A stretch of DNA of 64,000 nt. It comes from a virus. Taxonomy: Duplodnaviria > Heunggongvirae > Uroviricota > Caudoviricetes. A program made the position numbers and the translations under genes. The notes below the pieces were generated by a model. It saw only the letters and a list, made by a program, of their open reading frames with translations. It ran no database searches and had not been told where the DNA came from. Below, piece by piece: positions 36,064 to 45,289 of the stretch. The stretch is from positions 28,188 to 92,187 of IMG/VR virus record IMGVR_UViG_3300023118_000008. One strand, given 5' to 3'. Position 1 is the first letter of the stretch. Each line of letters starts with the position of its first letter.

Positions 36064-36355
36064 ATACGAAAGAAGATTAGATAGGATTGATTATTTTCCA
36101 GAAAGAGGAGAATTTGGTAAAGACTCAAAAGAGAAAGAATTATACTTAACTTGTGAGTGCAGGACAGAAGCTTTAAAGTTAAACCGTTTCTTTGGGGAGG
36201 ATGGGATTTATTTAACAATTTTTAAATATCAAGGCTCTAATTTAAACTTTTTCGCGCGATTAAAAATGGCTTGCAAAGTATTAAAAGGGTGTGGAATAAA
36301 TACCTCAGAAATAGTATTATCAAAAAAGAATTGGAAGAAATTAAAAAATTTTTAA
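36053..36355 (+). CDS. hypothetical protein (contains an embedded variant-B motif at about 36246)
   Basis: ORF on the coding strand. Confidence 0.4.
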   Translation: MENKYERRLDRIDYFPERGEFGKDSKEKELYLTCECRTEALKLNRFFGEDGIYLTIFKYQGSNLNFFARLKMACKVLKGCGINTSEIVLSKKNWKKLKNF

Positions 36356-36356
36356 A

Positions 36357-36533
36357 ATGACACATAGAGAAAAAATGCAGTGGTTAGAAGAAAATGACCC
36401 GATTACGTACTATGAATTGACAAGCAATCCTTGTGGAACGGACTCATCAGGCAGTGACTTTTTTACAAATGTAATTTGCTTTTGTATTTTTATAGGCTTA
36501 CCTTTGGCAATCTTAACTTGGATATTTATATGA
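36357..36533 (+). CDS. small membrane protein (58 aa; C-terminal ICFCIFIGLPLAILTWIFI)
   Basis: Short ORF downstream of the embedded motif. Confidence 0.3.
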   Translation: MTHREKMQWLEENDPITYYELTSNPCGTDSSGSDFFTNVICFCIFIGLPLAILTWIFI

Positions 36534-36823
36534 GTAAAGTTTATGTAGTTTGGGCAATAACAGAGGATTGTTCAGAAATTCACGAAATCTGCGGGGATAA
36601 AGAAAAAGCAGAGCAAGAAAAGGAAAGATTGTTGACAAATATCCACCTAATTAAATTAGACTATAAAAAACAGTTTGAGAGAGATTATGACGAAGATTAT
36701 AAATTGATTTTAGAATCAGATACTACAGAAGATTTTGATAACCAATTCTATAATTTTAAATGTGGATACTCTTATGAGTTGAGAGTACAAGACGTATACA
36801 TTCAAGAACACACAGTAATATGA
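36476..36823 (+). CDS. hypothetical protein (probable start at about 36530, MSKVYVV)
   Basis: ORF on the coding strand. Confidence 0.4.
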   Translation: MLLYFYRLTFGNLNLDIYMSKVYVVWAITEDCSEIHEICGDKEKAEQEKERLLTNIHLIKLDYKKQFERDYDEDYKLILESDTTEDFDNQFYNFKCGYSYELRVQDVYIQEHTVI

Positions 36824-36922
36824 AAGAACCTAAATTAGAAGATTTTTACGATGAAAATGATCCAAGGGGTTGTAGCACACGGGAATTTGAAAAATATGAA
36901 GAAGCATTGAGAAAATATAAAA

Positions 36923-37123
36923 ATGGGAGTAAAGACGACATATAGCATAACAAGAGAGCTTGCCATACAGGCAATCTTAGGAGAAGTTTATTCGGCGGGA
37001 GAAAAAGAATTAGAAGAAATTTTAGAAAACCTAATAAAACATCCTTTTCAAAACTATCAAATAGTAAATGAACTAGATAAAGACGATTGGCACAACATTG
37101 AACATATAGGACAACTGCTCTAA
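36923..37123 (+). CDS. hypothetical protein
   Basis: Small ORF on the coding strand. Confidence 0.35.
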   Translation: MGVKTTYSITRELAIQAILGEVYSAGEKELEEILENLIKHPFQNYQIVNELDKDDWHNIEHIGQLL

Positions 37124-37134
37124 ACAACAAAAAT

Positions 37135-38283
37135 ATGCCCGAAGAAAAAGAAATTATATTAGACGATAGGATACAAAAAGTAGGGGTAGTAGCCAAAGAA
37201 GCTTTCATTGAATTAAAAAAGTTACAAAAAGGTGATAAGTTAATTGTTAAATCTGGGGAGGACTTTATAGACTCTCATATAGGTGGATTACTTCCAGGTG
37301 ATTGCATCTTGCTGGCTGGATCTCCTTCAAGCGGAAAGTCTGAATCTCTTTACAGGATGATTGATAAGATGATGGATATAAATATAAATCCAGCCGCAAA
37401 AGAATTTGTGAGCTTAGAGTTTAGCTTTGAAATGAGAATGCTCAATAAATTATTACGTTCGGGAAATAGATTGCTCTCAAAGAAAAAGTCAGAAATTTTA
37501 TTCACCTTATTTGATGAAGAAGAAGCAAAAAAAATGAAGGAGTACTATGATAATCTAAATGATGATAGGCGTTTTGTAGTTCAAGCTCCTGTAACACCAG
37601 AAGATTTTTATAAGATGACACGGGATTTTTGTATTCTAAATTCATCGAAGCAGTGTATTATACTTTCAGTAGATCATATATTACTTTACATAGGTACAGA
37701 TAAACAGTTGGTTTTAGAAAAAGTAAGTGAATACTTAAACCTTTTGAAGCTAGAGTTCTCTAATGTGTACTTCGCAGTACTTTCACAATTGAACAGATCG
37801 GCCTTATCTGTTCTGAAGGATAAGTCTAATGACATGATTCCTAATAATGGCCATATCTATGGGAGTAGTTTTATGGAACAATTTGCCTCGTATATTATTA
37901 TTATCACAAACCCCTATAAACAGGCAATTACTAGTTATCTCAAATTCGGTAAGGATAGGTATGAATACTTATCTGAATTCTTTTGTGACGAAGATAAGAA
38001 TGGTAAAATATCTTTTGAAACCGCTGGAAATTTATTTTATTTTGTAACGAAAGCCCGTGAAACAGATAATTCCTCAAAAAATTTATTCATTCGAAAAATG
38101 GATTTATCAGAGGAAGAATTAAAAAGAATGAAAAAAGATGTGGAGGACAATAAAAATGAAATTTCTACAAAAACAATCTCCCTACCAGTATTTGAAAACT
38201 TTAACTCAACAGCTCCACTACCAACAGTTAAACCTTTTGATGCTTTTGGTCAGAGTTTTGAGAAAGATAAAGAACCGTTTTAA
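37135..38283 (+). CDS. DnaB-like replicative helicase (C-terminal RecA-like domain)
   Basis: IDSHIGGLLPGDCILLAGSPSSGKSE (Walker A, matching the DnaB LDELTGGLQPGDLIIVAARPSMGKT region), Walker B IILSVDHIL, and the H4 motif AVLSQLNRS. Confidence 0.75.
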   Translation: MPEEKEIILDDRIQKVGVVAKEAFIELKKLQKGDKLIVKSGEDFIDSHIGGLLPGDCILLAGSPSSGKSESLYRMIDKMMDININPAAKEFVSLEFSFEMRMLNKLLRSGNRLLSKKKSEILFTLFDEEEAKKMKEYYDNLNDDRRFVVQAPVTPEDFYKMTRDFCILNSSKQCIILSVDHILLYIGTDKQLVLEKVSEYLNLLKLEFSNVYFAVLSQLNRSALSVLKDKSNDMIPNNGHIYGSSFMEQFASYIIIITNPYKQAITSYLKFGKDRYEYLSEFFCDEDKNGKISFETAGNLFYFVTKARETDNSSKNLFIRKMDLSEEELKRMKKDVEDNKNEISTKTISLPVFENFNSTAPLPTVKPFDAFGQSFEKDKEPF

Positions 38284-38347
38284 TTTTAACAGTTTTTATT
38301 TGTTTATTACCTTTTTTCGCCCGATATTTACAGAAAAATAAATAATT

Positions 38348-38545
38348 ATGGAAAACTCAGAATTTGGAAATGGCTTAATAGTAGGTTGGATTATTAGCTG
38401 GATTTTACTTGGAATGTTAGTTGCTATATTTTTTGAAAATCCCATAAGAATTGAAACAAAAGAATTACTTCAACCCGAAAAAGTACTTACAACAGACGGA
38501 AAGAAAGTTGATACAATTTATGTTTATAAAGTAAATCAAAAATAA
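38348..38545 (+). CDS. small membrane protein
   Basis: TM segment GLIVGWIISWILLGMLVAIFF; preceded by a variant motif at 38311-38347. Confidence 0.4.
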   Translation: MENSEFGNGLIVGWIISWILLGMLVAIFFENPIRIETKELLQPEKVLTTDGKKVDTIYVYKVNQK

Positions 38546-38546
38546 T

Positions 38547-39005
38547 TTGACAGCTGAAGATATAGAAAAAGCCTTGGAAAGACGTTATAAGGATGATTTG
38601 TATTTGATATCCAATGTATACTTCTTTAAGAATGAAACTGATTTCTTAGTTATTAGAAAGAGCGGTCTTATGATTGGGTGTGAGATTAAATGTTCCCTGA
38701 GTGATTTCAAAGCAGACTTTAAGAAGTCTAGGCATCAGGGACTTTTAGACGGCTCTGAAGATTTGGAAAACTATTTTTATTACGTCTGTCCTGAAAATCT
38801 CATACCTTTAGAATTGATTCCTAATTATGCGGGACTTCTGTATGTAACAGAATCAGGATGGATTAGAGAAATTAAGAAAGCTCCTAAACTGCACTCTAAA
38901 AAGCATGAGTATAAAGAAAACCTGTTTAATAAAATGTATTTCGGTTATAGAGAAGCTAGAAATTTAAAAGACAGTCCTGAGTTTTCGGCGCGAAAAGAAA
39001 CTTAA
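38547..39005 (+). CDS. hypothetical protein
   Basis: ORF whose start abuts the preceding stop. Confidence 0.45.
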   Translation: MTAEDIEKALERRYKDDLYLISNVYFFKNETDFLVIRKSGLMIGCEIKCSLSDFKADFKKSRHQGLLDGSEDLENYFYYVCPENLIPLELIPNYAGLLYVTESGWIREIKKAPKLHSKKHEYKENLFNKMYFGYREARNLKDSPEFSARKET

Positions 39006-39010
39006 AACAA
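38982..39010 (+). promoter_or_regulatory. Recurrent motif copy (ttttCGGCGCGaaaagaaacttaaaacaa)
   Basis: Motif family; ancestral promoter candidate for the gene at 39348, now separated from it by the MITE. Confidence 0.5.
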
Positions 39011-39056
39011 ATTAAAAATCACTCTAATCTAATATATAGTTACCAAAATAAATTTA

Positions 39057-39332
39057 GGTAAGTATACCCACTTTACACAAGATTTTAAAACTGTTTTTTT
39101 AGTTCTTTTTCCCGCGAAATAAAGTTAGGGTATTGGGTTAATATTATTTTCTGTTCATAACTTGCCTCTATTGAAAACCAATTTATAATAGTCTTTGACT
39201 ATATTTGTTATCTAATCAAAACTTTAAAAATTATGAGTGCAAGCCTAGAAAAAGCTATTGAGCTGTTAACATCGGAAATTTATTTAATGAGGTGGCTTAA
39301 TTTAATGTCGGTGTAAAGTGGGTATACTTACC
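39057..39332. mobile_element. 276-bp MITE-like non-autonomous derivative of the 18483-23506 transposon; 25-bp terminal repeats (left perfect, right 22 of 25) and 8-bp target-site duplication TAAATTTA
   Basis: Left repeat 39057-39081 is identical to the transposon's left repeat. Right repeat at 39308-39332. Direct repeat taaattta at 39049-39056 and 39333-39340. The first about 100 bp equal the reverse complement of 23405-23506. Confidence 0.8.
39089..39124 (-). promoter_or_regulatory. Recurrent motif copy inside the MITE, facing outward (leftward)
   Basis: Reverse complement ctttatttcgcgggaaaaagaactaaaaaaacagtt. Confidence 0.45.
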
Positions 39333-39347
39333 TAAATTTAAAGGGAT

Positions 39348-39701
39348 ATGAAAAATTTCATACAGTACTTAGAAGATACAGGTTACAAGCCTTATAGAAA
39401 GTTTAAAGACGGTAGTTTAAAACTGACAATTAAAAATCAATTTTCAACTTCTGTGGAGGGTGCTTTATGCGACTTTTGGATAAAAAATGAAGATTATCAA
39501 AACCCTATTGTTTGGGGACTAAGTGAAAAAGGAAAACCCCCAACTTTAATATGTCCAAGACCACAAATCTCTTATACAAAGGAAAATACTTATCTTATAG
39601 GGGCTTTCGACGACTCTATGAATATATGTCTGCAAAAGGAAGATCCAGAGGATATTTATAAAGCCCTCTACAATAAATCTATAGTTTTCACCTACAAATA
39701 A
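39348..39701 (+). CDS. hypothetical protein
   Basis: ORF immediately downstream of the MITE. Confidence 0.45.
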   Translation: MKNFIQYLEDTGYKPYRKFKDGSLKLTIKNQFSTSVEGALCDFWIKNEDYQNPIVWGLSEKGKPPTLICPRPQISYTKENTYLIGAFDDSMNICLQKEDPEDIYKALYNKSIVFTYK

Positions 39702-39706
39702 TAAGC

Positions 39707-39958
39707 ATGAGAGAAATCCCATTAGAAGAACCAATAGGAAATTTCATTATTAAAAATGCAGAAGGAGTTACTTGTGAAGACGGTCAGTACTATCATTACT
39801 CAGAAGTCTGTAAACTTTTAAGGCTACAAAAAGAAAATATTAAGGAACTACTAAAAACACAAAGAGAAAACTGTTATGTTGCAATTTATAATGAAACCCC
39901 ACTCAATAAAGAAATTGCTTCACTCTGTATAACTGCGCCTGAACCTCCCATAAAATAA
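39707..39958 (+). CDS. hypothetical protein
   Basis: ORF on the coding strand. Confidence 0.4.
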   Translation: MREIPLEEPIGNFIIKNAEGVTCEDGQYYHYSEVCKLLRLQKENIKELLKTQRENCYVAIYNETPLNKEIASLCITAPEPPIK

Positions 39959-39961
39959 TAA

Positions 39962-40006
39962 TCCCCTACTTGAGCCTTAATTGGTTTAGGTAGGGGAATT
40001 TTCTTG
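39962..40006. terminator. Bidirectional terminator hairpin (TCCCCTAC ... GTAGGGGA, 8-bp stem, 20-nt loop) followed by a T-rich tract, between the convergent gene blocks
   Basis: Perfect 8-bp stem at 39962-39969 and 39990-39997. Confidence 0.55.
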
Positions 40007-40010
40007 TTTA

Positions 40011-40424
40011 CTATTTTAGATTTTTAGTTAGAAACTCTTTCATAACTTTTACAGCCTTATTTAAACTTCTAGGATTATCATAAATACCTGCAAAATTATC
40101 CATAGCGTCTTGATTCTTTATGGTCACTAATTGGTTTGAGAAAAACCCTGTTCTGAAGAATCTTGAATCACTCTCACATAGATTTAAAGAATCTTCTGTT
40201 GTAGATAATGGTAATGCAAGAGAGAATTCCTTAAGTACTTTTATCAGAACATACGGTCTCTTCTTAGTGGTTGTAAAGCATTCTCTTACTATAACATCTC
40301 CTTTGCGGAGTTTTACTGGACGCTTAGTTTCAATAGAAGTTATTGAATTGATTAAGTGCTTAACCATAGCACCTGAATGTGCTTCATTCTTCACAGTTGC
40401 TAAAACTTGTTCTTTACTTGGCAT
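40011..40424 (-). CDS. hypothetical protein
   Basis: ORF on the minus strand. Confidence 0.45.
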   Translation of the reverse strand: MPSKEQVLATVKNEAHSGAMVKHLINSITSIETKRPVKLRKGDVIVRECFTTTKKRPYVLIKVLKEFSLALPLSTTEDSLNLCESDSRFFRTGFFSNQLVTIKNQDAMDNFAGIYDNPRSLNKAVKVMKEFLTKNLK

Positions 40425-40551
40425 AATTGATTGTTTTAAAATTATTAATAGTCAAAGATAATAATAAATTCGGGAATAAAAACCTAAAACAATGTTAAAT
40501 AAAAAATCCCCAAACATTTCTGAGTGGGGAGGTATTGATTGTAATCTACTT

Positions 40552-41463
40552 CTAAAAATTATTATAGGCCACATTAAAAACTTTTAAACCTAAAGCACGA
40601 GCTCTTCTTACAACTTGAAGCCTGTCGTCGAAAAGTCCTAAAATATTGTATTCAGTAGCTAAATCTGTCCATATTTCTTCTTTTATCTGCCAATCTGGTC
40701 TTACGTCTTTTTCAGCTCTCATTAAAAGAATTTCAAAATTAATCTTGTTTTTGAATAGCCATCCGATAGTTTCATCTCTACATACAGAATCTCTTCCAGA
40801 GACCACAATGATTTCAGGATTTGATGTATCTCTATAGTGTTCTGAAGACAATGCTTTTATTACAGGTAGTAAACTTTTACATACATCATCCAAACCTACA
40901 TTTTTCCAATCAAAAGGACTTCTCTTCCCGTTCATGTGTGCAATCGTCCCATCGATGTCTAATAAAATACAAGGCGGTAAAGATTCATTTAATTGAATTG
41001 CTGTAGGTTCATACTTCCATTCCAAATTTCTTATACTTAAATACTGCGAATACTGTTTTTCTATTATTTTAGGGTCAACCTGCCTTTTTCTGCTCATATT
41101 TCTTGTCAAGGCTTCTTTTAAGGTTACATCAAACCACTTTAGTTCAATAGGGACATTCCAAAATTTAAACCTATCCAAGTATTCTTTCCTTAAATGAGTG
41201 GCATCTAAGATCACGGTTTTATTTTCATTCAGAGCTTCATGAATTAAAGTATCTTCATACTTTGTCACTTGCTTTTCAAGTTTATTTAAGTCAGGTCTTG
41301 AATAATATTCTCTAACTGTCTCTTCCGTATAAGAAAATAATAATTCTCGAATTTTATCACGATTAACTACAACTGTTCGTAAGGAGTTTGACGTCCACTC
41401 CTCGTGAGCGAACGTTGATTTTCCTGAATTACTTATACCTATTAAAATTATTAGCTTACTCAT
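40552..41463 (-). CDS. polynucleotide 5'-kinase/3'-phosphatase (T4 Pnk-like)
   Basis: N-terminal P-loop LIGISNSGKST and C-terminal HAD motif ILLDIDGTI; about 300 aa as in T4 Pnk. Confidence 0.75.
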   Translation of the reverse strand: MSKLIILIGISNSGKSTFAHEEWTSNSLRTVVVNRDKIRELLFSYTEETVREYYSRPDLNKLEKQVTKYEDTLIHEALNENKTVILDATHLRKEYLDRFKFWNVPIELKWFDVTLKEALTRNMSRKRQVDPKIIEKQYSQYLSIRNLEWKYEPTAIQLNESLPPCILLDIDGTIAHMNGKRSPFDWKNVGLDDVCKSLLPVIKALSSEHYRDTSNPEIIVVSGRDSVCRDETIGWLFKNKINFEILLMRAEKDVRPDWQIKEEIWTDLATEYNILGLFDDRLQVVRRARALGLKVFNVAYNNF

Positions 41464-42142
41464 ATTTAAATTCTGTTATTTGATTTGTATTGACCATAGT
41501 CTGAACCAAGCTATTTTCTTCTTTAAAGCTCGGGTACATTGAAATCTCTTTTTCATTAAACATTTTATTAAGTCTTTCTCTTAATTCCTGCTCTCTTTTC
41601 TCTAGAGTTTCTTTTGATGGGAGATAACAGCCTGAGTAGTTTTTATGTAAAAGCTGAATACCTTCAACCGTTGGTAGTTCGTTATACATTAGTTTTTCAG
41701 CCATATGCAAGCTTCTCAAAGCGTGAAATTTTTTCTTATCAGAATTTCCATGAAGTTTTAAATCCCGTTTTGCCACGCCAATAAAGCCTTTTATAATCTT
41801 ATAAGTTCTACAAAGAAACAAAGGATTTTCAAACCGACCGCTTAAAAGTACTATATCTGAAAGCATATTACCATCTGCGGAGAAAAGGTTCTGAAAGAAC
41901 TGTCTTTCGGTCATCCAAATATATTGAGTATTATTGTCGTCATCATATTGAAAACTGTGAATATTAGGTAGAAATTTTGCAAAAGTACTGAATCTCTCAT
42001 AAAAAGCGTCAGATATAACTCTTACGTAATCATAGTCACTCTCTTGATTAGCAATACCGTGTAATCGTGAACCAAATAGATACTCTTCATACTCCCACTT
42101 ACTTAGCTCTAAATGCTGTTCTTTTGTTATTTTTATGTTCAT
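41456..42142 (-). CDS. nucleotidyltransferase (Pol-beta-like minimal NTase fold)
   Basis: LFGSRLHGIANQESDYDYVRV matches GS.(x9-13).D.D. Confidence 0.6.
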   Translation of the reverse strand: MNIKITKEQHLELSKWEYEEYLFGSRLHGIANQESDYDYVRVISDAFYERFSTFAKFLPNIHSFQYDDDNNTQYIWMTERQFFQNLFSADGNMLSDIVLLSGRFENPLFLCRTYKIIKGFIGVAKRDLKLHGNSDKKKFHALRSLHMAEKLMYNELPTVEGIQLLHKNYSGCYLPSKETLEKREQELRERLNKMFNEKEISMYPSFKEENSLVQTMVNTNQITEFKYE

Positions 42143-42144
42143 AA

Positions 42145-43458
42145 TTAGCTTTCTGTTTCTTGAACTTCGTTTTCTTGGTTATCTGACTCCATCTTGATAA
42201 AATTAGGACTTTTAAATTTAAAGATTTCATCTGTACTTCTTATTTTAATACATACCCCTTCATCAATCTTGCAGTCCTTGTAACTCTTATTTAAATATTT
42301 TTCTCTTAAACTTTCTAGGAAATCTTCTCCGAATTCTTTAACCTTTCCTGAAAAATATTCTTGGACATAATTTAGACCATATTTTTCACAATATCTTTTA
42401 ACTTGTTCCCAAGAAAACTCATACACATTTCCATCATTAGAGGTTTGAGTTATGCGGTAGATGAAGATACCATATTCCATATTGTAAGTGAACTGATCGC
42501 CTTGAATGCCTTGCCCTACGATTTCCCCATATAAGGAAATACCTTTCTCTAGATACTGTTTGTTTTCATTATAGGCTCTTGCCCAGATATCTGAGGTATA
42601 GTAGCTTGGGTTCGGTGTTTCCCATTTGTTTGTTTCAGATTCAACCCCTTTTGGTAACTTACCTCTAGGCTTGCCTGATGAGAATATGTAACCATATTCC
42701 GTCTTAGGTATGTTAGCACCAAAAAAGTTTAAAACCCTTTCTTTCAGAGAAAGTTTCTTTGCAACCAAAACATTTGAAAGGATTAAAGATGATCCGTGTA
42801 GTTTTCGAGTTATAATAATCTCTGTTTCAGGATTAAACTTTTCTACGTTCTTTACAAAATGTTCAGTTTCGTGATGAAAGCGAAATTGGCTCTCTATAAT
42901 CAAATCTTTAAGTTTATTTTCTTTAGGGGTTTTTACAGAACCTTGTCCATTAGATTTTACTGGGACTATATATTTTTCACACAATGTATTTCCATTAATT
43001 TCTGTAAACTCATCGCCTATTTTAAAACTGTTGATATTAGCTCCTTCCAAAAAAGGTAATAGTGAAGTTAAAGGCATAAGCATACCATCCGAAATAATAC
43101 CCTTGAGTTTAATTGCTTTGACACGCTTTTGGCGAAAACTGATAAAACCACGTTTTTCTTTATTGTAGTTTTCTTCAGCTTTATCATACAAGTCGTTTTT
43201 ATGGCAGTAATCATCTGAGAGTTTTGTACCCGAACAAAAGTATAGCATTTTTGAACCAACTTCTGTGGTATGGGGTACCACTACATTATTTCCATTAATA
43301 ACAACCCTAACTATTTTATCTGCACCTTCAATAGAAAATAAATCCTTAATTTCTACTACAGTACAAGCATAATTTTTACTTTGGTCACTAACTGATAATT
43401 TCATTTTTATATGTTTTAATATTACTCTGCAAACATAAGCAAATAAAAAACCGCCCAC
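42145..43458 (-). CDS. ATP-dependent RNA ligase
   Basis: Motif I RKLHGSS (KxHG adenylation lysine), motif III YGEIVGQG, motif IV EGVCIKI. Confidence 0.7.
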   Translation of the reverse strand: MGGFLFAYVCRVILKHIKMKLSVSDQSKNYACTVVEIKDLFSIEGADKIVRVVINGNNVVVPHTTEVGSKMLYFCSGTKLSDDYCHKNDLYDKAEENYNKEKRGFISFRQKRVKAIKLKGIISDGMLMPLTSLLPFLEGANINSFKIGDEFTEINGNTLCEKYIVPVKSNGQGSVKTPKENKLKDLIIESQFRFHHETEHFVKNVEKFNPETEIIITRKLHGSSLILSNVLVAKKLSLKERVLNFFGANIPKTEYGYIFSSGKPRGKLPKGVESETNKWETPNPSYYTSDIWARAYNENKQYLEKGISLYGEIVGQGIQGDQFTYNMEYGIFIYRITQTSNDGNVYEFSWEQVKRYCEKYGLNYVQEYFSGKVKEFGEDFLESLREKYLNKSYKDCKIDEGVCIKIRSTDEIFKFKSPNFIKMESDNQENEVQETES

Positions 43459-43464
43459 AAGATT

Positions 43465-43785
43465 TTAACTATTATTTATATGTTTTTTAAATTCCTTAGT
43501 CATATCATCTGTGTAAACTTCATAAATAGGAGGGGCTTTGATGTCTGTTGGATAAGACAAACTCCAAATTTCTTTATTATCGTCAGTTTTAAAAAGCATC
43601 TGAAAGGCTAGGTATTTTTCGCCCTCTTTCAAAATACAGTCTTCACTAAACCTGTAATCTATAATTTTACCCTCTATTGTATAGTTATCTGTTTCTTCAA
43701 TAAGCTCTTTTCCGAGCATTTTCTTAACGTCTTCTGGGAAGAAGATATCGAATCCGTATTTTTCTATATATTGTTTTTCTTTCAT
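43465..43785 (-). CDS. hypothetical protein
   Basis: ORF on the minus strand. Confidence 0.45.
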   Translation of the reverse strand: MKEKQYIEKYGFDIFFPEDVKKMLGKELIEETDNYTIEGKIIDYRFSEDCILKEGEKYLAFQMLFKTDDNKEIWSLSYPTDIKAPPIYEVYTDDMTKEFKKHINNS

Positions 43786-44132
43786 TATTTATGTTTTTTC
43801 AAAATTCTATGTGTTGTTGCTTGCATTGAATCAGGATCTAATTGAAAGGCGGAAATCATTTGAGACAAACCTACCTTATCAGGAATATTTAGAGTTGACA
43901 AGGTTTTTGATAATTGGGAATACTCAAAAGTGATGTTAACCAAAGCTGATTCATCCAAACCAAAAGCTTTATTATAATTCTTCTCTGCCAAAGGTTCTAG
44001 TTGCCTAATCAAAACTTTTAAGGCCGATTTCAAAGACTGTTTATTAAATTCTGTTCCTTGCAGGCTCTCTAAAGATTCAAGAAGTATTTGTGATTGGATT
44101 GTCACGTCCAGGAGTTGCATTCTACTGTTCAA
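43785..44132 (-). CDS. hypothetical protein
   Basis: ORF on the minus strand. Confidence 0.45.
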   Translation of the reverse strand: MNSRMQLLDVTIQSQILLESLESLQGTEFNKQSLKSALKVLIRQLEPLAEKNYNKAFGLDESALVNITFEYSQLSKTLSTLNIPDKVGLSQMISAFQLDPDSMQATTHRILKKHK

Positions 44133-44454
44133 TTGTTATTCTTTTATTAATCATCAACCATAACTTTTCATAGTCGGTCAATAAGACTTTATTTTGGATT
44201 ATATTGTTTTTTACTGTTATTTTCTTTTCTTCGCCTTGGGTAAAGATATAATAGACATTGGGCAAATCTAAAGACTTTTCGCAGTAAATTGGGTATATCA
44301 CTGATAACTGTCTTTTTAAATTGTTTACAGTCCTTTTTACGTGCGAATAATGTATCATATTTTCCGTGGCAAACTCTAAAAAATTCATTGAAGGATCTTT
44401 CAAGTAAGATTTTATTATGAACTCTTTTTTAAATCTGCTTTCCTCAGTTGTCAT
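44122..44454 (-). CDS. hypothetical protein
   Basis: ORF on the minus strand. Confidence 0.45.
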   Translation of the reverse strand: MTTEESRFKKEFIIKSYLKDPSMNFLEFATENMIHYSHVKRTVNNLKRQLSVIYPIYCEKSLDLPNVYYIFTQGEEKKITVKNNIIQNKVLLTDYEKLWLMINKRITIEQ

Positions 44455-44732
44455 TTCTTTTTCCTTCCTGATTTTGTCTGTTTGTCCAAAATAATTTCGT
44501 CCATATAAAAGTAACGATACTTCTTATCCTTGAACTCTTCTTCAATCCAAGTATCTTTATCTGTCCTCCTAAAAGAGCATTGAGGGTTTTCTTCTGTGGC
44601 ACATAATATCTTGTCGGAATTTATGCCACACACGGTTCCGCTGTAGCTTTCACATTTAACTTTAAAGCCTTTATATTTCTTGTACACTAGGTACATTCCG
44701 TTTGTTTTGTCTGGTTCTTGCATATTATTCAA
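44451..44732 (-). CDS. hypothetical protein
   Basis: ORF on the minus strand. Confidence 0.4.
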   Translation of the reverse strand: MNNMQEPDKTNGMYLVYKKYKGFKVKCESYSGTVCGINSDKILCATEENPQCSFRRTDKDTWIEEEFKDKKYRYFYMDEIILDKQTKSGRKKK

Positions 44733-44973
44733 AAGTGGTTACAGTTTTTAATTTTGGCTCAACAATAGAGTAACTATCTAAGTCCCAATCTGTTTCTTGG
44801 TAAGAAGATGTATATCCTAGAAGACTTACGTAAATATTCTCTATTGGGAAATATCTAATCACCTTTATTGTATACTCCGTCTTTAGAGTATCCACAATCT
44901 TAGAATCAGGAAAACTCTCCGATTTGAAAAGTTCTCCTGAAATATTGTTTTTTAAATATTCTATTTTATTCAT
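44725..44973 (-). CDS. hypothetical protein
   Basis: ORF on the minus strand. Confidence 0.4.
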   Translation of the reverse strand: MNKIEYLKNNISGELFKSESFPDSKIVDTLKTEYTIKVIRYFPIENIYVSLLGYTSSYQETDWDLDSYSIVEPKLKTVTTFE

Positions 44974-45289
44974 ACACGGTCTGTGTCACTTGTTTAGGAA
45001 ACACCTCTTTTATAGAATCATAAGAGTGTTCATACTGCATATAAGAATCAAACTCTCCTTCTATTTTAACATAAATATTGTGGTCAACAAAATGCACGAT
45101 AGACCAAAATTCAGAAGTATCTTCTCTTGAATCTAGCCACTCAACTTTGCCGAAAATAGTCTCTAAATAGTCTTGGTTATTTTCAACCATTTCTCCTGCC
45201 TCGTTTTCTATTTCTTTTTCATTATAGTTATCTTCGTTGAAGAATACTTCTAATAAACCTAATTCATTAATTTTTTCTACTATTTCCAT
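44966..45289 (-). CDS. hypothetical acidic protein
   Basis: ORF on the minus strand. Confidence 0.4.
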   Translation of the reverse strand: MEIVEKINELGLLEVFFNEDNYNEKEIENEAGEMVENNQDYLETIFGKVEWLDSREDTSEFWSIVHFVDHNIYVKIEGEFDSYMQYEHSYDSIKEVFPKQVTQTVYE

